Assembly (NCBI RefSeq): GCF_032444005.1
Contig: NC_091288.1
Location: forward strand, 198,400,001-198,464,000
Length of the DNA: 64,000 nt
Direction of reading: 5' to 3'
Source: Ranitomeya imitator
Taxonomy: Eukaryota
This document shows positions 27,886 to 39,815 of the stretch, one piece after another. The notes under the pieces were generated by a model. That model had not been told where the DNA came from, did not search any database, and saw only the letters and a list, made by a program, of their open reading frames with translations. Made by a program: the position numbers and the translations under genes. Position 1 is the stretch's first letter. Each line of letters opens with the position of its first letter.

Positions 27886-28484
27886 CACCGCTGATCACAC
27901 TGATGGTTCACACTGCACCAGGCGGTATATAGAGGTCACTATACACGATCCGTGCTCCACTGTACTGCGGTCACCACAGAGCAGAGATTCGTGGCTGAAG
28001 TGACTGATCCGGCTTCGTGTTACTGAGATCACACACAGGAGGGATAAGTGCAGTTTATACAGGGGACACAGCTCCTGAGGGAAGCCGGCTCTTCCTAGAA
28101 AACTGGGTGCGGCTACTACCGAAACATCTCACTGAATTCACAGGGTTTGCAGTCCTGGCACAGCTGACTAGCTGGGGTTTCCAGCACCATCTGGAGATAT
28201 TACTGCACTATACGGAGTGTAACATGTCGGGCGCTGTACTGTAACTGCCTGCATAATGTGGCACAGTCATTTGTCAGTAGGTTGCAGTATATGGGGGTAC
28301 TCTGCACTATTCAGATGAATAACAGCACTATGAAGGGTAAATAGAACATGAACACATACAGCGCTATATGAGGGTGCACTGCGGTATATGGAGCTTCACA
28401 GCACTATTTAGATGTATAGAGCATTATACAGGGTTTTACATCGCTATACAGCATCCCCGCTGCAAAGATGAAGCAATGATTTGG

Positions 28485-28605
28485 GAAACCACCAATCAGC
28501 TGCAGTGGGCGGAGCGTCTAACGTTCTCGTTGGTCACATGACTTCATCACCCAATAGAACGGCGGTCTGACAGCAGTGCTCATCTGCATGGCCGGGCTAT
28601 AAATT
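28485..28605 (+). promoter_or_regulatory. H2B promoter (two CCAAT, octamer-like ATCTGCAT, TATA)
   Basis: ccaat near 28492 and at 28551, atctgcat at 28582-28589, tataaat at 28598-28604. Confidence 0.75.
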
Positions 28606-28653
28606 CCGCCGCTCTTGGAGGCGCAGGATCATTATTCTTCTCACTTGTACTGA

Positions 28654-29052
<399 letters not shown>

Positions 29053-29082
29053 NNNNNTCCGTGCTCCGCTCCTCACCCCAAA

Positions 29083-29098
29083 GGCTCTTCTAAGAGCC
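29083..29098 (+). terminator. Histone 3' stem-loop (H2B)
   Basis: ggctct-tcta-agagcc followed by accca. Confidence 0.96.
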
Positions 29099-29433
29099 AC
29101 CCACACCCTCACTACAAGAGCCACCCACACTGCTCCGGTGTCCTCTCCCGTCTCCCCGAGGTGTCTGCTCGCTCCGCCCGGGGCTCTGCGCCTGGTGACG
29201 AGGGAGATGGTGAGGAAATCTCAGGAATAATCTGGGCATTGCTCAGCGAGTTGATGTGTATTCAGGGACTTCTTATTTAACTCCTTGCTGCACAGATCTC
29301 GGCATTCTGGGGTCTCGTTTATTAGTTCATTACTCTCGTTTCTCAGGTAACAGGAGCCATTTGTGGTGGAGTTGATCTAGAGCCTAATCTGGATTCTTTT
29401 TACAGTGTAAGTGACGTCATTACATTTAGAAGC

Positions 29434-29510
29434 GGCGGGAAATTCAAACCCCCAACCGTCCTGTGTTCAGCCAATCAGCAGAGGGAGGAGCTAATGTTTC
29501 CAATGGTAAC
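29434..29510 (+). promoter_or_regulatory. Orphan copy of H4-promoter module (E2F/CDE-CHR-like plus CCAAT), followed by X-box-like gtttccaatggtaac
   Basis: ggcgggaaattcaaac...ctgtgttcagccaatcagcag...gggaggagctaatg closely matches the reverse complement of 35843-35907. Confidence 0.6.
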
Positions 29511-30126
29511 ACGTTTACGGTTCCCGCTTTTTTCCGTCTTTTGTCTTCATATAACACGTGGTCCCAGGACCGATATCGGGAAATCTGCTTGTGTTGAGCG
29601 ATCATTGGTCTCTTACATCCCACACAGGAATCTGCAGATTTCCAGGTTAGCGGCGCTGTATCCGCTCCGGTTTCCTCTCATGGATATAGAGAATGATTCG
29701 TGTTCTCCACATGCTGTGATGTTCCCGTGTGTCTGACCTGGAGACGATCAGATCGTCCCTTTCCCGTCACAATCCGTATTGTGGAGACGATATACTGGTC
29801 AGGGACGTATCCTACAAGAGACATTTCAGGGAAGACCAATTCTGCCCTTCCCAGCAGATCCCACCATGTCTCCCCATTACAGATCAGTCCTACGGCTGCA
29901 GGCAGGAGGTCTGTGATGGGAAATGTAGGATCATGTGTAGAAGATTGCGGAGTGTCCCTGCTCAGAACATTACCCTGTGGTGTCAGGATCTCACAGGTCA
30001 GGCAGTTACATTATCGGCCGTCACATCCTCCTCACAGGATCCCTGCTCAGTTACTGATCGTCCTTCTGTTCTATCACTTTTCCTCCCCCGCTTCATCTAG
30101 TGTCAGGACTGGCGGCTCTCGGGCAA

Positions 30127-31050
30127 TATTATTATTTATTATTATAGCGCCATTTATTCCATGGCGCTTTACATGTGAGGAGGGGTATACATAATAACAG
30201 GTACAATGATCTTGAACAATACAAGTCATAACTGGTACAGGAGGAGAGAGGACCCTGCCCACGAGGGCTCGCAATCTACAATGGATGGATGAGGATACAG
30301 TAGGTGAAGGTAGAGCTGGTCGATCAGTGGTGGTTACTGCAGGTTATTGGCTTGTCGGAAGAGGTGGGTCTTTAGGCTCTTTTTGAAGGTTTCCATGGTA
30401 GGTGAGAGTCTGATGTGTTGTGGTAGAGGGTTCCAGAGTAGGGGTGATGCGCAAGAGAAATCTTGTATGCGATTGTGGGAAGAGGAGATAAGAGGGGAGT
30501 AGAGAAGGAGATCTTGTGAGGATCGGAGGTTGCAGGAAAGTACCGGGAGAGGAGGTCACAGATGTATAAAGGAGACATTTTGTGGATGGCTTTGTATGTC
30601 ATGGTTAGGCTTTTGTACTGGAGTCTCTGGGTAATGGGGAGCCAGTGAAGGGATTGACAGAGGGGAGAGGCCGGGGAATAGCGGGGGACAGGTTGGTTAG
30701 TCGGGCAGGAGAGTTTAGAATAGATAGGAGGGGTGCGAGAGTGTTAGAGGGGAGGCCACAGAGCAGGAGGTTACAGTAGTCCAGGCGGGAGATGATGAGG
30801 GCATAGACTAGGGTTTTTGCAGATTCTTGGTTTAGAAATCTACAGATCCTTGAAATATTTTGAGTTGAAGGCGGCAGGAAGTGGAAAGGGCTTGGATATG
30901 AGGTTTGAAGGAGAGATGAGTGTCAAGGATTACCCCGAGGCAGCGAACGTGGACTGAGGAGAGTGGGCAGCCGTTTCCTGTAATGGATAGGTTCGTTGGG
31001 GGGTTGCGTGTGATGTGGGAAAGACAATGAATTCTGTTTTGCCCACATGT
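30127..31050 (-). mobile_element. L2-clade LINE 3' fragment
   Basis: Minus-strand peptides GKTEFIVFP...CLGVILD and TYKAIHKMSPLYICDLLSRY. The 3' tail tagattgcgagccc...gtaaagcgc...gcgctataataataaat resembles the SINE tail. Confidence 0.88.
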
Positions 31051-31574
31051 AGAAGTTCCGAGAATGTGGAGGGGAACAACGAATCATGGGAGAAATATCC
31101 CAATACAATTGCAGGATAGGATCCTCTAGCACTAGATGTAATAATGTAAAACGAATGCCATAGATCTCATAGGGTTAATATGACGTGAGATAAAACCACT
31201 GCAGTGCAGAGAGATCCGATCACAAGTCTGACTGTAAGATGCCCCAAGTACTGGTGACTCCCATCACAGCACAAATGCGGTTTCTTCTTATTGATATATA
31301 AAATAAATAGAACACGGATTTACAGGGAAATGGGCTGTACAGTAATATTCTCCTGATCAGATCCGTGTGGGGTGAATAGGGCAGCGAATATTCACAGGGA
31401 ATGTGGCTGTCTGAGGCAGCTGGATAGATGGACGCCCTGTGTACCGGGTACGGAGACTCCTATGTGATGACCACGTCCCGGACACTAATGTTTCGGATGG
31501 ATGGCGCCTATGAAGGTTATTATAACCTCCCCAGAGTAATAATGGCGACCGATCCCCGCCCGTGTTTGGGGGCA

Positions 31575-32467
31575 TGAACAAGGATAATGGTGTGCACTCA
31601 GGTCAAGGACACGGAGGTGCTGGTAAAACAGACCGTGTGGTCAAGTTAATAGTAGAAGAAAAAATACCGCACACTCGAAACTGGTATGATGCAAAAGGTA
31701 TATGCCAGATTTATTCACGAAAACAAGTCAACAATTGCCACTGTGATAATTCGTAGATAGAAACCCGACGTTTCGACCCTCCCGGGTCTTATTCATGGGG
31801 TTACTAGGAAAGCAAATAAACAGTATAAGTAACTGTATGTGACATAACATTATATGTAATAGAAAACGAATAAGAACAAAAAAGACAAAATAATAAACAT
31901 ACACCAAAATATAAAATATAATATGTACAATATTTACAAGGCAACCAGAGGCGATGAAGGGAATACTGTCCGGAGCAGCGAAAAGTAAGAGTCTGTGGAT
32001 GCCAATGTAGAAGATAGTTGTGTTTCAATTGCTCTAATACTGTCCTTTGTTTCCGTAATAGCCTTTTGTAGAAATTCAATGGTCAGAATAATGATGTCTA
32101 AAGAACATTTATTTAGTATTCTCTTGTATTTGTCACAGTAATCGGGATCTTCAGAAAAAAGTGTTGGGCGCAGGTTGCACCTAAGACCTCTCGGGATCTT
32201 GCCCTGTTTATGATGTTCTGCCAAAGTTATGCAGTGTAAATCATATGAGATTAATTTTCGTCGCTCCTTCTCGTAGTCCCTCGTCCTCAACTCATGGGGA
32301 GGGGTTTTCAAGAATTCACTTGAGTTTGAAACTTGCGATAAGATGCTGGAACTGGTTGCGTCGTCGTATGCGAAGATGTCAGACGTCATCTGGTAAACCG
32401 GTGCTACACCAAGCAAAAAATCACATGAACAAGGATAATGGTGTGCACTCAGGTCAAGGACACGGAG
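31575..32467 (-). mobile_element. Internally deleted Penelope-like element
   Basis: 13-bp TSD gtgtttgggggca (31562-31574 and 32468-32480), ~45-bp terminal direct repeats, N-terminal ORF motif LHCITLAE..IPRGLR..NKCSLD, and a hammerhead-like motif. Confidence 0.8.
31762..31802 (-). ncRNA. Degenerate minimal type I hammerhead ribozyme motif
   Basis: Minus strand reads AACCC-C-ATGAATA-A-GACCC-GGGA-GGGTC-GAAA-CGTC-GGGTT. Stems are intact but the CUGANGA core is altered. Confidence 0.6.
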
Positions 32468-33258
32468 GTGTTTGGGGGCAGACAGCTGGGATGACAGGAC
32501 CCGGTATTATCAGCGATCGCCGCTCCAGCAGAGGGGCCGGTAATAAACCCGACGGACAAAGAGCAGAAACTGAGCGGGGAATTCAAAACCAGCAACGGAT
32601 CTGTAATCAGCCAATGAGCGAGAGACATCCGCAGGCGCCGACCAATCCCAGATACAGGAATATCCGCCTCCATTTAACTCCTCAGTGTCCGTGTGTGCTG
32701 ACCCCCCACTACACACTCGCTTTACAGAAGCGGCGACTTCCCCCACCCGAGACCCGGCAGCGTCACATCAGGCTCCGGGCAGAACATAGGAGACTTGTCT
32801 CAGTCAGGCTGTGATAGTATAAGCGCGGACACCACAGGGAATCTGCACAGGATAATAAGCGGGTGAGTGAGGAGCCTCCTCCTGACAGGAATTAACCCCT
32901 CACCCGCCAGACTGTCAGTGCAATATATGGCTGATAGAAGACACAAGTCCAACAAGTGCAAACAACAAGTCAACAGAATATTTCTGCATTTCCTTCTGCT
33001 CCAGGACAGATATCTGTTTTCACCCCTTATCTATTCTGTCCAAAGCGAACGTTTTCTATTGGGTGAGAAACTCATTTGAGCAAGGAGCAATAATAAGCTC
33101 CGCCCTCTGTAGCTCATTGGTGGATCTCCAATACTCTTCTCCATTTTCATCTTCAGATCCGTCCAACGACAGGAGAGGAGGGCGGAGCAACGGACTATAT
33201 AAGGCGACACAGCACAGACTCTTCTCTACACGATTTTCCGTCATTAGTTATCGGCATC

Positions 33259-33651
33259 ATGTCTGGACGCGGCAAACAAGGAGGAAAGGTCCGTGCTAAG
33301 GCCAAGACCCGCTCATCCCGGGCAGGACTGCAGTTCCCAGTCGGCCGTGTGCACAGGCTTCTCCGCAAGGGCAACTACGCTGAGAGAGTCGGCGCCGGCG
33401 CTCCGGTCTATCTGGCCGCTGTGCTGGAGTATCTGACCGCTGAGATCCTGGAATTGGCCGGCAATGCTGCCCGGGACAACAAGAAGACCCGCATCATCCC
33501 CCGTCACCTGCAGCTGGCGGTGCGCAATGACGAGGAGCTGAACAGGCTGCTGGGTGGGGTGACCATTGCCCAGGGGGGCGTCCTGCCCAACATCCAGGCC
33601 GTGCTGCTGCCCAAGAAGACCGAGAGCAGCAAGGCGAGCAAGAGCAAGTGA
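33259..33651 (+). CDS. H2A: Histone H2A
   Basis: [40 protein letters not shown]...[12 protein letters not shown], 130 aa, with TATA tatataa at 33196. Confidence 0.99.
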   Translation: MSGRGKQGGKVRAKAKTRSSRAGLQFPVGRVHRLLRKGNYAERVGAGAPVYLAAVLEYLTAEILELAGNAARDNKKTRIIPRHLQLAVRNDEELNRLLGGVTIAQGGVLPNIQAVLLPKKTESSKASKSK

Positions 33652-33680
33652 GCGCTGCCGCCAATCTCTACAAAACCAAA

Positions 33681-33696
33681 GGCTCTTCTAAGAGCC
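33681..33696 (+). terminator. Histone 3' stem-loop (H2A)
   Basis: ggctct-tcta-agagcc followed by accca, with HDE-like aagagcc at 33714. Confidence 0.96.
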
Positions 33697-34089
33697 ACCC
33701 ACACCGTCACCACAAGAGCCGGCGCCGCCTATCTCGGGGGTCCTCGCATGAGGCTGATAGCTCATACACCATTGCCGCCATTGTTGGTGCACATATCCAC
33801 AGAATAACAGGAGATGAATGGGTCAATCCCACATGAAGTCTCAGACCCTCAGGTGGAGTGTCGTCTGCCAAGCTCGCAGGAAATGTCCCCTCCTTAGTGT
33901 CTGATACTCCGCGGTGAGGTCTACATGTAGTTAGCAGGTCCCGCAGTAAGGGGGTGGGGGATGGTTGTCGCTATCAGTGACCTGTAACAATCCTCCGGAG
34001 ATTATGAGCGGGGAATTCAAATTCCCCAACGGATTCTGTGATCAGACAATGAGCGAGAAACCTTGGTAACGCTCAGCCTTCAGTGATGT

Positions 34090-34567
34090 ACATAGTAACA
34101 TAGTTAGTAAGGCCGAAAAAAGACATCTGTCCATCCAGTTCAGCCCACACTCCATCACAACAAATCCCCAGATCTACGTCCCTCTACAGAACCTAATTGT
34201 ATGATACAATATTGTTCTGCTCCAGGAAGACATCCAGGCCTCTCTTGAACCCCTCGACTGAGTTCGCCATCACCACCTCCTCAGGCAAGCAATTCCAGAT
34301 TCTCACTGCCCTAACAGTAAAGAATCCTCTTCTATGTTGGTGGAAAAACCTTCTCTCCTCCAGACGCAAAGAATGCCCCCTTGTGCCCGTCACCTTCCTT
34401 GGTATAAACAGATCCTCAGCGAGATATTTGTATTGTCCCCTTATATACTTATACATGGTTATTAGATCGCCCCTCAGTCGTCTTTTTTCTAGACTAAATA
34501 ATCCTAATTTCGCTAATCTATCTGGGTATTGTAGTTCTCCCATCCCCTTTATTAATTTTGTTGCCCG
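34090..34567 (-). mobile_element. CR1 LINE 3' fragment
   Basis: RATKLIKGMGELQYPDRLAKLGLFSLEKRRLRGDLI...TRGHSLRL...WNCLP is the CR1 RT C-terminus. Tail repeat acatagtaacatag. Confidence 0.92.
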
Positions 34568-35358
34568 TCTTTCCTCTCCCGTTTAACTCCTTACGTGCCG
34601 TTTTCCAGCTGATCTTTTCTTTACCAGAGTATCCACAGATGCGGCACCTTCACCCCAGGCCCCGGCAGCGCTGTGTCCCCCATACACTGCACACAATGTA
34701 TACGCTTTGTATATACATATACAGGACAGGAGCTGTAGGGAACAGAACCAACACCTGTGTCCCCCCATACACTGCACACACCGGATATATATAAATACAT
34801 GACAGGACCTCAAAACGCGCAGCCGTGGCTATCAGACCTCAAACAGCCCATCATTATTCTGAGGAGGTTATAATAGTCTTCAGAGGCGCCATCCACCCGA
34901 AACATTAGTGTCCAGGACGTGGTCATCACGTGGTCATCACATAGGAGTCTCCGTACCCTATGTGATGACACACAGGGCGTCCATCTATCCAGCTGCCTCC
35001 TACAGCCACATTCCCTGTACACGGATCTGATCAGGAAATTATCACTGCGGCCCAGTGCGGATATATATCCCCCATAAATCTACTAATCAGCGCCCAATAA
35101 GAACAGGATATTAAATGTCTAGACAGAATATTAACCTACATTTGGAAACCGCCCTGAACACCCCCCTGATTAGAGCTGTAGAGGGATCTGCTTCGGGTAA
35201 GCCGTTTAGTCTTTCCACGTCAGGATATCCTTGGGACTATTCAGTATTCGGAGCGTAACGTTGGCACCGATGAGTGTTCTAACATTACAGCGACATCACC
35301 AAAGCAGAGAAATCAGATCCTAGCAGTCAGGTGCAGCCCTCACTTAGAAGATGTGGGT

Positions 35359-35374
35359 GGCTCTGAAAAGAGCC
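35359..35374 (-). terminator. Histone 3' stem-loop (H4)
   Basis: Reverse complement is ggctct-tttc-agagcc followed by accca. Confidence 0.97.
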
Positions 35375-35404
35375 TTTGGGTTGTGAGGACAGAAGAGAAC
35401 ACAA

Positions 35405-35725
<321 letters not shown>

Positions 35726-35767
35726 TTAATGAGCAAAAACTGATTCCTGAGCCTCAGGGACTGCTCC

Positions 35768-35907
35768 TTTATATGGAGGAAGAATGGACCAGAGAGAGAA
35801 CTGGAGAGATGACGCTATCCGGGGCGGGGCTTACAGAATCATTAGCTCCTCCCTTCCTCTGCTGATTGGCTGAACACAGAACTGTTGGGAAGTTTGAATT
35901 TCCCGCC
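35768..35907 (-). promoter_or_regulatory. H4 promoter (TATA, GC box, CCAAT, E2F/CHR-like)
   Basis: On the minus strand: ggcgggaaattcaaa, cagccaatcag, GC box at 35821-35829, atataaa at 35768-35774. Confidence 0.75.
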
Positions 35908-36545
35908 AATTGTACAGTTTCTGCAATTATTTTTCCAGCTTCTTTATTATATACAATTTCCTTCCCTGTAGCGGCAGGTATCCCGACTATTGTCATGACC
36001 ATGCCAGATCAGAGTGGATCATACTCTCCACAATGTATGATGCCCCCACAGTTAATCCCAATACACGGTTGAAAGCAGCAAGTGAAATTAGGAGAGATTT
36101 TTCATCATATCAACATCAGGTGATTGAATGTTAATTTATGCCATTACCTCATGTACCAATCACAACCCAGAAAGACACATTTTTATGCATTGTTTATATA
36201 AAATGTTATGCTTTAATTGAAAATTACAGGAATGTGCCGTGTTTTTTTTTTGTTTGTTTTCTTTAATTGTTCTGATTTAATGTGAAAACTGTACTGGAAG
36301 CAAACCAAAATAGAAAAATAATCCCTACTACATCACCCTCTATAGTGCCAAAGGCATTTGCTTTCTTATAACCAGGACGTGCTTCTTCGAAATTGGGGCC
36401 TGAGTAGCTGTCGGATGGCCAGGAGGGCTTCTGGGTCCCATTAGGACACTGTAGGAAAAAAACAGGTTGGATCCACTACAAATCACAGCACAAAAGGCAT
36501 TTCCGCAATGAGATCTGCAGCAGAAAAGTCCCTTAAACTTCCGCA

Positions 36546-37224
36546 TCAGTAGCAATCTGCATCGTGCATTTCTTCCCCCCCATAAGGTGGCTTTGACGTC
36601 CTGCAGCAGTGACCGGGGAGTCTCGTGTACATAATCGCTGTATTTCGGCAGGGAACATTTTATGTTATCCAAATCCATCTTCTTTATGACCCCAGTGGCC
36701 CATTCTGGTGGGCGACCCTGCCGGTCCCCAGCACCGTCCCCGCCTGCCATTTGCTTCTCTTTTATCGTGTGCTCCAGCCAGTCTCTTCCATACTCTTCGG
36801 AGGGATCAGTGTCCCCATTGCACAGTTTGGGCTTCACAGCGAGAAGGATTTCACACGCCTTTGATGCCACTGACCGGTCACAGTCACACAGACAAGTCAA
36901 TAAGGCCGGAAAAAGCCCGACTCATTCACATGTAACCAGAGCGTCGGAGATGGAACCTGAGCTTCTGCTAGATGGCAGCCCTATAGTGTAAGGGCACGTT
37001 AGGGACGGTCCCATCTCCAATGTTTGGGACATATAGGAATGTGCCAGGTCCAATGCGTTCACCTTCACCTCCCAATCCAAGTCACTGCACGTCATCTCCA
37101 AAATCTGGGACAGCACGGTGTCCGAGTCTTGGAGTTTTTGCATGCGACCATTCCTTAGCAAGTCATTAAACATCTTTACCACCGCCCTCCTGGGGAAACC
37201 TTTCATTCCATGGGGCACCAGAGC
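36546..37224 (-). pseudogene. BRAT1: BRAT1 terminal coding exon, pseudogenised
   Basis: GFPRRAV, DLDWEVKVNALDL, VGLF..L..CDCDRSVA.KAC and SLLQD, with shifted-frame end HDADCY*. These match my recollection of the BRAT1 C-terminus. Acceptor ctacag at 37225-37230, in-frame TGA at 36922-36924, +1 frameshift in the G7 run (36575-36581). Confidence 0.8.
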
Positions 37225-37269
37225 CTGTAGGAAGGACACAATTATTGATTATTAACCTTCCATAGCATA

Positions 37270-37549
37270 TCATCCCGCACCACAGCGGAGACACTTGAGG
37301 GCACATAGAGGCGGGTTATCATCACTTGTGCCTTCTCCTTTGCTACAGCTCGAAGTATCGGCAATGCTGATGAGAATACTGGGCCCAGCGATCACTTGGC
37401 TGGATATGGAAACGTGGAGAGGAAAAACGAGGATGATGACAGGGATTACAGCAGCACCCCACGTGCAGATGGCGGTGCCTAGAAAATCTAGTACATCTGC
37501 CTCATTTTGGAGAGGTGCACTGCTGACATGAAGGATTGATAATCTCTCC
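37270..37549 (-). pseudogene. Possible degenerate upstream BRAT1 exon remnant
   Basis: VLDFLGT resembles recalled BRAT1 ALDFLGT, and an AG acceptor follows a long polypyrimidine tract. The match is weak. Confidence 0.35.
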
Positions 37550-37550
37550 C

Positions 37551-37921
37551 TGAGAGAGAGAAAGAGAGAGATAAAGTGAAAGAGAGAGAATGAGAAAGAA
37601 GGAGATAGAGAGAAAGAAAGGGAGAAAGAGAGAGAGAGAGACAAAGAGACATAAAGAGAGAGAGAGAGAAGAGAGATAAAGAAAGAGAGAAGGAGAGAGA
37701 TAGATATAAAGTAAGAAAAAGAGAAAGCAAGGGAAAGAGAGGGAGAGAGAGAAATAGAAAGGAAGAAAGAGTAAGAGTGAGAGAAATATTTAGAGAAAAA
37801 AGAAGAGAGAAAGAAAGAGAGGAGAGCGAAGAGAGAAAGGAGAGAAGGAAATAATGAAAGAGAGGAGAGAGAAATAGAGATTAAGAAAGAGGGAGAGAGA
37901 GAGAAAGAAGAAGAGAGGGGA
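37551..37921. repeat. GA-rich low-complexity tract
   Basis: Almost pure purine (ga)n-like sequence. Confidence 0.9.
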
Positions 37922-37922
37922 G

Positions 37923-38130
37923 ACTGCTCTATATACTGTACACTCTGGTCTATAAATTGTACACACTGCTGTATATACTTTACACACTGCTCTATATACT
38001 GTACACACTGCTGTATGTACTGTACACACTGGCTCTATATACTGTGCACACTGCTGTATATACTGTACACTCTGCTCTATATACTGTGTACTCTGCTGTA
38101 TATACTGTACACTCTGCTGTATATACTGTA
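37923..38130. repeat. ~21-bp tandem repeat
   Basis: ctgct(c/g)tatatactgtacac(a/t) repeated about 9 times. Confidence 0.85.
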
Positions 38131-38924
38131 CCCTCTCCTCTAGTATCAGTGACACTTATTACACTGCTGATCTGGGCTGTGCAGATGTGATGTTGTGCAC
38201 TATATATACTATGTACAGCTGTGTTCTCTGTGTAGACGCTGGATTTTGTGTCTCCGCTTTTCTCCCAATATTCCCCTTTTACACAATAGTGGGGGTCACA
38301 TAAATCCATTAATATTTCAGTTTTCTCCCCGGAGATGTTTATGTGTTTGGTTGGGGAGTCGCAGTGTGCAGCTGTCGCCTCATCAGAGCTCTTCGCACCA
38401 TGACAGGCCGCAGCGGTCACAGCTTCACACTGGGTAAGACACGATATCAGGCAGGTGATTGCAATCAGCCACCGATGTGGATCATCTACTGGTGTGGAAC
38501 ACGTGTCCCCCCAATCCTCTGCACATACGGGGTACAGTGACACCACAGGTCAGGGAGGTGGCAGTCAGCGGAGGCCGTCGCCTGTGTTACCCTTCTGGGT
38601 TGTCAGCAGCTCCAGCTCGTCCCCACATCGTACAATCAGCTTCCTGTGCGATAGACATAGGAGTAAAGATCCCTGTGATGGTGACAGGAGCCGGGAATAG
38701 GAGGAACGAGCTCCCGCAGCAGATTTATCTCCCCGGATACACAGTGATGTGCAGATCGGGAGGACGGCGGCGATGATCCCGGGATTTCCTCTCCGCTCTT
38801 TCCCGGCATCTCTGCTAGTGACGGCTACAAATGGCCGGTGGAGATGTTGGAGAAGGGGAGGCGACGGAGGAATCGCGCTCTGCTGTCCGGTGTTAGCCGG
38901 TAAAGGGCTTTTATCCCGGGCAGG

Positions 38925-39062
38925 GAAGCACAAGGGGAGAGCGGAGCTTCACTCGGACTCAGCTGGGAGGGGGCGGGGCCTGTGTCCAGTGTCAGCCAAT
39001 AGAAGCTCAGGACGGTGCTGCTCAGCAGCCAATCAGTGCGCAGTAAGCCTGTACATATAACA
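38925..39062 (+). promoter_or_regulatory. H1 promoter
   Basis: aagcaca (H1-box-like), ggggcgggg, ccaat at 38996 and 39029, catataa at 39054. Confidence 0.65.
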
Positions 39063-39132
39063 GGCGCCTCCAGCTCCGGCCTCAGTGTTTTCCTTCCTAT
39101 CAGGAAATATTTTCATTTTGCTTCAGCAGCAC

Positions 39133-39771
39133 ATGATGGCAGAGACCGCGCCAGCCGCCGCTCCCCCTCCCGCAGAACCGGCCGCCAAATCCAAGAAGCA
39201 GCCGAAGAAATCTGCTGCCAAGAAGAGCAATAAACCCTCCGGCCCCAGCGTCTCCGAGCTGATCGTGAAAGCCGTGTCCGCCTCCAAGGAGCGCAGCGGG
39301 GTGTCTCTGTCCGCCCTGAAGAAGGCTCTGTCTGCTGGAGGATACGATGTAGAGAAGAACAACAGCCGCCTGAAGCTGGCCGTCAAGGCTCTGGTCACCA
39401 AGGGCGCCCTCCTCCAGGTGAAAGGCAGCGGCGCCTCCGGGTCCTTCAAGCTGAACAAGAAGCAGGAGACGAAGGACAAAGTGGCCAAGAAGAAGCCAGC
39501 AGCTGCGGCCAAACCCAAGAAACCCGCTGCTGCCAAGAAAGCCGCCAAATCTCCGAAGAAGCCCAAGAAGGCTCCGACTGCGGCCAAGAAGAGCCCGAAA
39601 AAGGCCAAGAAGCCCGCAGCGGCCAAGAAAGCGGCCAAGAGCCCCAAGAAGCCGAAAGCCGCTCCCAAGCCCAAGAAGGTGACGAAGAGTCCGGCTAAGA
39701 AGGCGGCCAAACCCGCCAAGAGTCCGGCTAAGAACGCTGCGAAAGCCAAGAAGCCCGCGGCTAAGAAATAA
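39133..39771 (+). CDS. H1: Histone H1 (replication-dependent linker histone)
   Basis: (M)[11 protein letters not shown]...[43 protein letters not shown]...[13 protein letters not shown] plus a K/A/P-rich tail. The start could be 39133 or 39136. Confidence 0.97.
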   Translation: MMAETAPAAAPPPAEPAAKSKKQPKKSAAKKSNKPSGPSVSELIVKAVSASKERSGVSLSALKKALSAGGYDVEKNNSRLKLAVKALVTKGALLQVKGSGASGSFKLNKKQETKDKVAKKKPAAAAKPKKPAAAKKAAKSPKKPKKAPTAAKKSPKKAKKPAAAKKAAKSPKKPKAAPKPKKVTKSPAKKAAKPAKSPAKNAAKAKKPAAKK

Positions 39772-39799
39772 GCTGCAGCCCCTGTTCTGTTACCACAAA

Positions 39800-39815
39800 G
39801 GCTCTTATAAGAGCC
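39800..39815 (+). terminator. Histone 3' stem-loop (H1), atypical TATA loop
   Basis: aaa-ggctct-tata-agagcc-accac, with HDE agagctgta at 39832-39840. Confidence 0.93.

Noticed and set aside
29580-29950. Possible decayed H4 after the orphan promoter module
   Set aside because: Only a few short matches (cacaggaa, tccagg), which cannot be told from chance by eye.
38340-38620. Possible BRAT1 N-terminal exon remnant (LYPVCA...PVDD)
   Set aside because: The similarity is too weak without an alignment search.
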